From contig CAVUWV010000001.1 of assembly GCA_963745075.1 (NCBI GenBank), positions 160,001-224,000 of the forward strand: a stretch of 64,000 nt of DNA, given 5' to 3'. A model generated the notes under the pieces. That model was not told the origin of the DNA and did no database searches. It saw only the letters and a list, made by a program, of their open reading frames with translations. The position numbers were made by a program, and so were the translations under genes. The DNA comes from Candidatus Hydrogenedentota bacterium (lineage in GTDB: Bacteria > Hydrogenedentota > Hydrogenedentia > Hydrogenedentales > SLHB01). Below are positions 60,182 through 64,000 of this stretch, in pieces. The stretch's first letter is position 1. Each line of letters begins with the position of its first letter.

Positions 60182-60943
60182 ATGAAGAATGACACTGTGA
60201 TACGTAATTTGTGGATCGTGACTTTGGGATTGATGATCTCCGTCGCGGTGGCAAACGCTGCCCCGCCGTCGGGCGACGGCTGGGTGTCACTGTTTGACGG
60301 AAAGGATTTGGACGGTTGGACCGTTCCGTCGGGTAATGAAGGGCTCTGGAGCGTAATCGACGGCGTCATCGATTGCACGCCCAAGGCGAACCTCCCCGGT
60401 GACAACAGCCTGTGGACCACAAAGGAATTCGGCGACATTCAGTTGTACGTGGAATGGCGCATCAAGGAAACCAAGGGCGAGTACCCGATGCCGATCGTAC
60501 TGCCGGACGGAACAGACAAAACCGACGAAAACGGAAACGTGATCACCGTGCCGCGGCCCAACGCGGACTCCGGCATCTATCTGCGTGGAACGCCGAAGGC
60601 GCAGGTCAACATCTGGTGTTGGCCGATTGGTTCCGGCGAAGTGTACGGGTATCGGACCGACAAGAACCAGCCGGCGTCGGTTCGGGCCGGCGTGACCCCG
60701 TCGAAGAAGATGGACAAACCGGTCGGCGAATGGAACGCATTCCTTATCACCATGAAAGGCGATCGCTTGACCGTGGAACTCAACGGCGAGAAGGTGCTGG
60801 ACAACGCGGAATTGCCCGGCGTGCCTGAAAAAGGCGCCATCGCACTCCAATTACACGGCGGCTACGACGCCGCAACGGACACCTGGAACAGCGCATCGAG
60901 CCTCGTGCAGTTCCGGAATATCTACGTGAAGGAACTGAAGTAG
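60182..60943 (+). CDS. DUF1080 (3-keto-disaccharide hydrolase-like) exported protein
   Basis: GWVSLFDGKDLDGW, DSGIYLR, GEWN, GAIALQLHG, VQFRNIYVKEL. Confidence 0.92.
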   Translation: MKNDTVIRNLWIVTLGLMISVAVANAAPPSGDGWVSLFDGKDLDGWTVPSGNEGLWSVIDGVIDCTPKANLPGDNSLWTTKEFGDIQLYVEWRIKETKGEYPMPIVLPDGTDKTDENGNVITVPRPNADSGIYLRGTPKAQVNIWCWPIGSGEVYGYRTDKNQPASVRAGVTPSKKMDKPVGEWNAFLITMKGDRLTVELNGEKVLDNAELPGVPEKGAIALQLHGGYDAATDTWNSASSLVQFRNIYVKELK

Positions 60944-61001
60944 CCGTTGAAGTCGGGCTCGTTCTGGAGTCCGGGACGGTGACGTGTCGCCATTTTATAT
61001 T

Positions 61002-62468
61002 TTATCCGCCCTGCGCGGTCGCCGCGGCGACTTGATCGTACAGATTCATCACGGTTTCGGTAATCTTCTTGTCTGCCTCGACTTCAAGATAGCTTGAACG
61101 CGCTCGCCACGTTTCATACCCGCCCAGAGCGTGCTGCTCCGTCGTGGGCAGGTAACCGTTGTATCCATTGGCAAGTTCGATGGTGAAACTGTCGTCCACT
61201 GGACACTCCTGTTTCAAGTGGAGACCGATTTCCGCAAACACTTCGCACGGAATGGCCGATACCGCCACGTCTCCAACGCGAAACGCTTGCAGGATGACAG
61301 GAACGGTGTCGGGGTAATCATTGATTAAAACCGTCTCCCGCGCGTAGATCTCGGGCAGGGTCTTCATTTCCGGGCCGTCCGCCTGTGCGATGATTTCCCT
61401 TGCGCGGGTCAGCTCCGCCTCGTCGGGCTTGCGCACACCGAGTTCGATTTGTTCCTGCGCAGCAGCCAAGGGCAGCCACTCCTGGAACCTGACGTCCTGG
61501 TAGGCTTCGAAGACCACGGCGGCAGCCTTATTGCCCACTTTATTCATTTGTTCATAGGGTTGCTGCGGTTCACCCGGAACCGCGAAGTTGATGTTGTTGA
61601 TATTTCCGCTGGTACCGTTGGTCATGATGCCGACGAAGGGCGGATCCTGGTCCTCCGCGCCGAGCAGTTCCTTGATGCGATTTGCGAACACGCCGAAATA
61701 GTCGGCCGACGAATGGCCCGGACCTTCGCCGCCAATGTAATGGAGGGAGTAATTCGCGAGCAGGGCCAGCGGTTTCCCGTCTTTCGACTCGACCACGAGA
61801 AAGGAGATTTCCGGGTCGGTCGGACCCGAGGGTTCCAAGAGATCCTCGCTGGCCCGGGGCGGATTCATTTTGACCTGCTCGTCGTCGTTCCCGAAGGGGT
61901 CCGGGCCGATCGTGCCCGGCTTCATCTTCCAGCGCCGGTTAAAGACCTCATCCGGCAAGTTGCCCGACCCGAACCCGATGCGGGCGGGTTGACGATTGTT
62001 GAGGGCGCGCTGGATCGCGTCGGAGATACGGACCGTCAGGAACCGTTGGTAGTCCCGGTCGGGATCGGTTTGGAATACGGGGGTGGAACAGGGCGCTTCG
62101 TGTGTGTGGGTCGCGGAGATGAGGATGTGATCCGCGGGAAGGCCCGTAGCGGACTCCACCATCTGTTTGGCATTGTCCATGATCTCTTTCGGCACCATGC
62201 AACTGTCAACGACGGCGAACGCCAGTTGCGTCTTGCCATCGTCGAGAACCAGACTGCGTACGTGCAATTCGTCGTGCACGTGTTGCACGATGCGGTCGCG
62301 CATGTGCCCCGCGATGGAAAGCCCCAACCACGGCGATATGTTGCTCGTCGCGGCTCCCGCCTTGAACTCCACTGCATTCTCCTCTTGCGCCGTGGCCGGC
62401 CCCAGTGCCAAGACCGGCATAAGCGCTATTGACCCAATCACAATCATACACCGAATCTGTCTCGACAT
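61002..62468 (-). CDS. Neutral/alkaline ceramidase-like exported protein
   Basis: HDELHVRSLVL, SATHTHEAP, NYSLH, SADY, PCEVF, LANGYNGYLP...GGYE. Confidence 0.82.
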   Translation of the reverse strand: MSRQIRCMIVIGSIALMPVLALGPATAQEENAVEFKAGAATSNISPWLGLSIAGHMRDRIVQHVHDELHVRSLVLDDGKTQLAFAVVDSCMVPKEIMDNAKQMVESATGLPADHILISATHTHEAPCSTPVFQTDPDRDYQRFLTVRISDAIQRALNNRQPARIGFGSGNLPDEVFNRRWKMKPGTIGPDPFGNDDEQVKMNPPRASEDLLEPSGPTDPEISFLVVESKDGKPLALLANYSLHYIGGEGPGHSSADYFGVFANRIKELLGAEDQDPPFVGIMTNGTSGNINNINFAVPGEPQQPYEQMNKVGNKAAAVVFEAYQDVRFQEWLPLAAAQEQIELGVRKPDEAELTRAREIIAQADGPEMKTLPEIYARETVLINDYPDTVPVILQAFRVGDVAVSAIPCEVFAEIGLHLKQECPVDDSFTIELANGYNGYLPTTEQHALGGYETWRARSSYLEVEADKKITETVMNLYDQVAAATAQGG

Positions 62469-62496
62469 GATTCCAAACCCCTTGTGATCCACGGTT

Positions 62497-63888
62497 CTAG
62501 TAACTCGGCGAAGCGGTTTTGGTTTCATCGGTCAACTCGTGGACGGCGGCCACGATATCTTCCTCGACGGGAGGCGCCCATGGACCGTAAAACCCGTAGT
62601 AAATCATCGACGATTCGCCTTCGTATCCGCCTTCTCGAAGGACTCGCAGCGAAGGGATGTAAGAACATACGTCGTTTGCATAGGCGATGACGAACTGCTT
62701 GTCGCGGCCCAGCTCGTACTTGAGCCGGAGCGCATAGTCCACGGTTGCTTCGCCGCCCAGGACGGTCAATTGCAGCGTGTCGCCAAACTGCCAGACCTGG
62801 ACCGGATACGGGTACGTCGTGTCCAGGGCGCCCTTCTCGTTGAATTGTTCCATTAGTCCCTTGGCGCGCCGTTGGATATATACATTGGAATCCTGTAATT
62901 GCTTTTCGACTTCCTCCCGCGTCGGCGGTTCGCTCAGGGCCAGGGGAATCTCTTCGTACGCCGCATGGATGGGTCCCTGCACATCCGACATCGTTCCGTG
63001 TAGCACCGATTCGACTGCCTTGCCCAATTCCTCGCCGTATTGTTCGGCGAGTTTGATCTCCCGTCGGGGCAGCGGATTCTGGTCTCCACCGCAGCCCTCC
63101 ACGAACATCGCGGTCGTGCCGGGAAGCTGCTCTTCCAAGTACAGTTGCGCGAATCCCGCATAGTCTCCGCTCCACTGCTGGATGCCGAGCACCGTGTTGT
63201 GGCAGGCGTAGCCGAAGACGACGGCCTTTAACGAACCGTCGGCCGCCCGGGCGGATAGCACCGGCACATCGTGGTCGACCGGACCAATGGGGTTGAAGTC
63301 ATTGATGACGCCGTTGACGGTGTATTTCCTGCGGTTCTTCGCGAATCCCGCTTCGCCGATGCCCCAATGCAGCGTACCCGGTTCCAGATTTTCGACGCCC
63401 TGCCGGACGGCCGTGAGAATCAGGTCGGGAAGTTTGGCCGTGTAGGCTTCGACCAGGTCCCACTGTTCCTGCGTCAAACCATACATGCCGAAGAGGTTGT
63501 CGCGCAGCACCGGGCCGCTGTGCGTATGGGAAGCGGTAAGCATTACCCTTTCGCGGGGAATTCCGAATTCCTGCTGGATGCGTTCCGCGGTCGGACCGGA
63601 GATATTCGCCGGCAACCCAATGAGATCCGTCGTCACAATGACGGCCCGCGACCCCGTTTCGTCTTCGATGACGAGGGCCTTCGCCCAGAGGTCATGCAAC
63701 TTGCCGTTGGAGGGTTCGCTGCGGCTGGCGTAGCCCGCCATCCACATGTCCTTCTCGGGAGTGATGACACAACGGCCAACCCCTACCTTCATTACCTCCG
63801 CATGGGCGGAAGACGCGAACGCCATCCCAACTGCCAGTGAGAGTCCCGTGACGTACCAAAACGATGTCATAGCGCAAACATACCTCAT
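62497..63888 (-). CDS. Neutral/alkaline ceramidase-like exported protein (paralogue)
   Basis: MAGYASR, LHDLWAKAL, TASHTHSGP, GYACHNT, SGDYAG, GCGGDQNP, YIPS...GGYE. Confidence 0.85.
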   Translation of the reverse strand: MRYVCAMTSFWYVTGLSLAVGMAFASSAHAEVMKVGVGRCVITPEKDMWMAGYASRSEPSNGKLHDLWAKALVIEDETGSRAVIVTTDLIGLPANISGPTAERIQQEFGIPRERVMLTASHTHSGPVLRDNLFGMYGLTQEQWDLVEAYTAKLPDLILTAVRQGVENLEPGTLHWGIGEAGFAKNRRKYTVNGVINDFNPIGPVDHDVPVLSARAADGSLKAVVFGYACHNTVLGIQQWSGDYAGFAQLYLEEQLPGTTAMFVEGCGGDQNPLPRREIKLAEQYGEELGKAVESVLHGTMSDVQGPIHAAYEEIPLALSEPPTREEVEKQLQDSNVYIQRRAKGLMEQFNEKGALDTTYPYPVQVWQFGDTLQLTVLGGEATVDYALRLKYELGRDKQFVIAYANDVCSYIPSLRVLREGGYEGESSMIYYGFYGPWAPPVEEDIVAAVHELTDETKTASPSY

Positions 63889-64000
63889 CTGCTCGTCGTT
63901 GCGTTTGTTCGTCCGAAAAGGACAGCGGTCGCAGCCCCTGCCCCGCGGGGGAAACGGTACAGAAGCTGCAGAATTCGATCAAATCCAGCACATTTTCGAT

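Noticed and set aside
60954..60973. Intrinsic terminator after DUF1080
   Set aside because: 7-bp imperfect stem with no adjacent U-tract

Overview
GC-rich bacterial chromosomal window; the genome style (many exported and Tat-signal proteins, DUF4838/DUF6807/DUF1080, ceramidase-like proteins) suggests a PVC/FCB-type heterotroph such as Hydrogenedentes, but this is not provable here. Main blocks: (1) 0-3 kb: an esterase, a type II TA pair with a broken RelE/ParE toxin and a mosaic of REP-like repeats. (2) 3.3-11.8 kb: an uncharacterised Tat-rich redox module (DUF6599 x2, DUF362, membrane polyferredoxin, two aldo/keto reductases, DHDPS/AraD-like enzyme). (3) 11.9-19 kb: two divergent tRNA-Val genes enclosing an AT-richer islet with an IS5 remnant. 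(4) 21.2-33.6 kb, the best candidate for an undescribed system: a tightly coupled 8-ORF minus-strand operon (UbiA-like prenyltransferase, RPH/PEP-synthase-like dikinase fused to a BtaA-like aminocarboxypropyl transferase, polyprenol-kinase-like protein, GNAT, OleC-like ligase, MMPL, LolA-like carrier, OM barrel) that looks like biosynthesis plus export of an unknown lipid. (5) 35-64 kb: a large glycan/sugar catabolic region. About a dozen single-base frameshifts, mostly extra bases in short runs, suggest long-read indel errors, so split genes and the fusion need read-level checking. All family calls come from motif recognition by eye; no searches were run.
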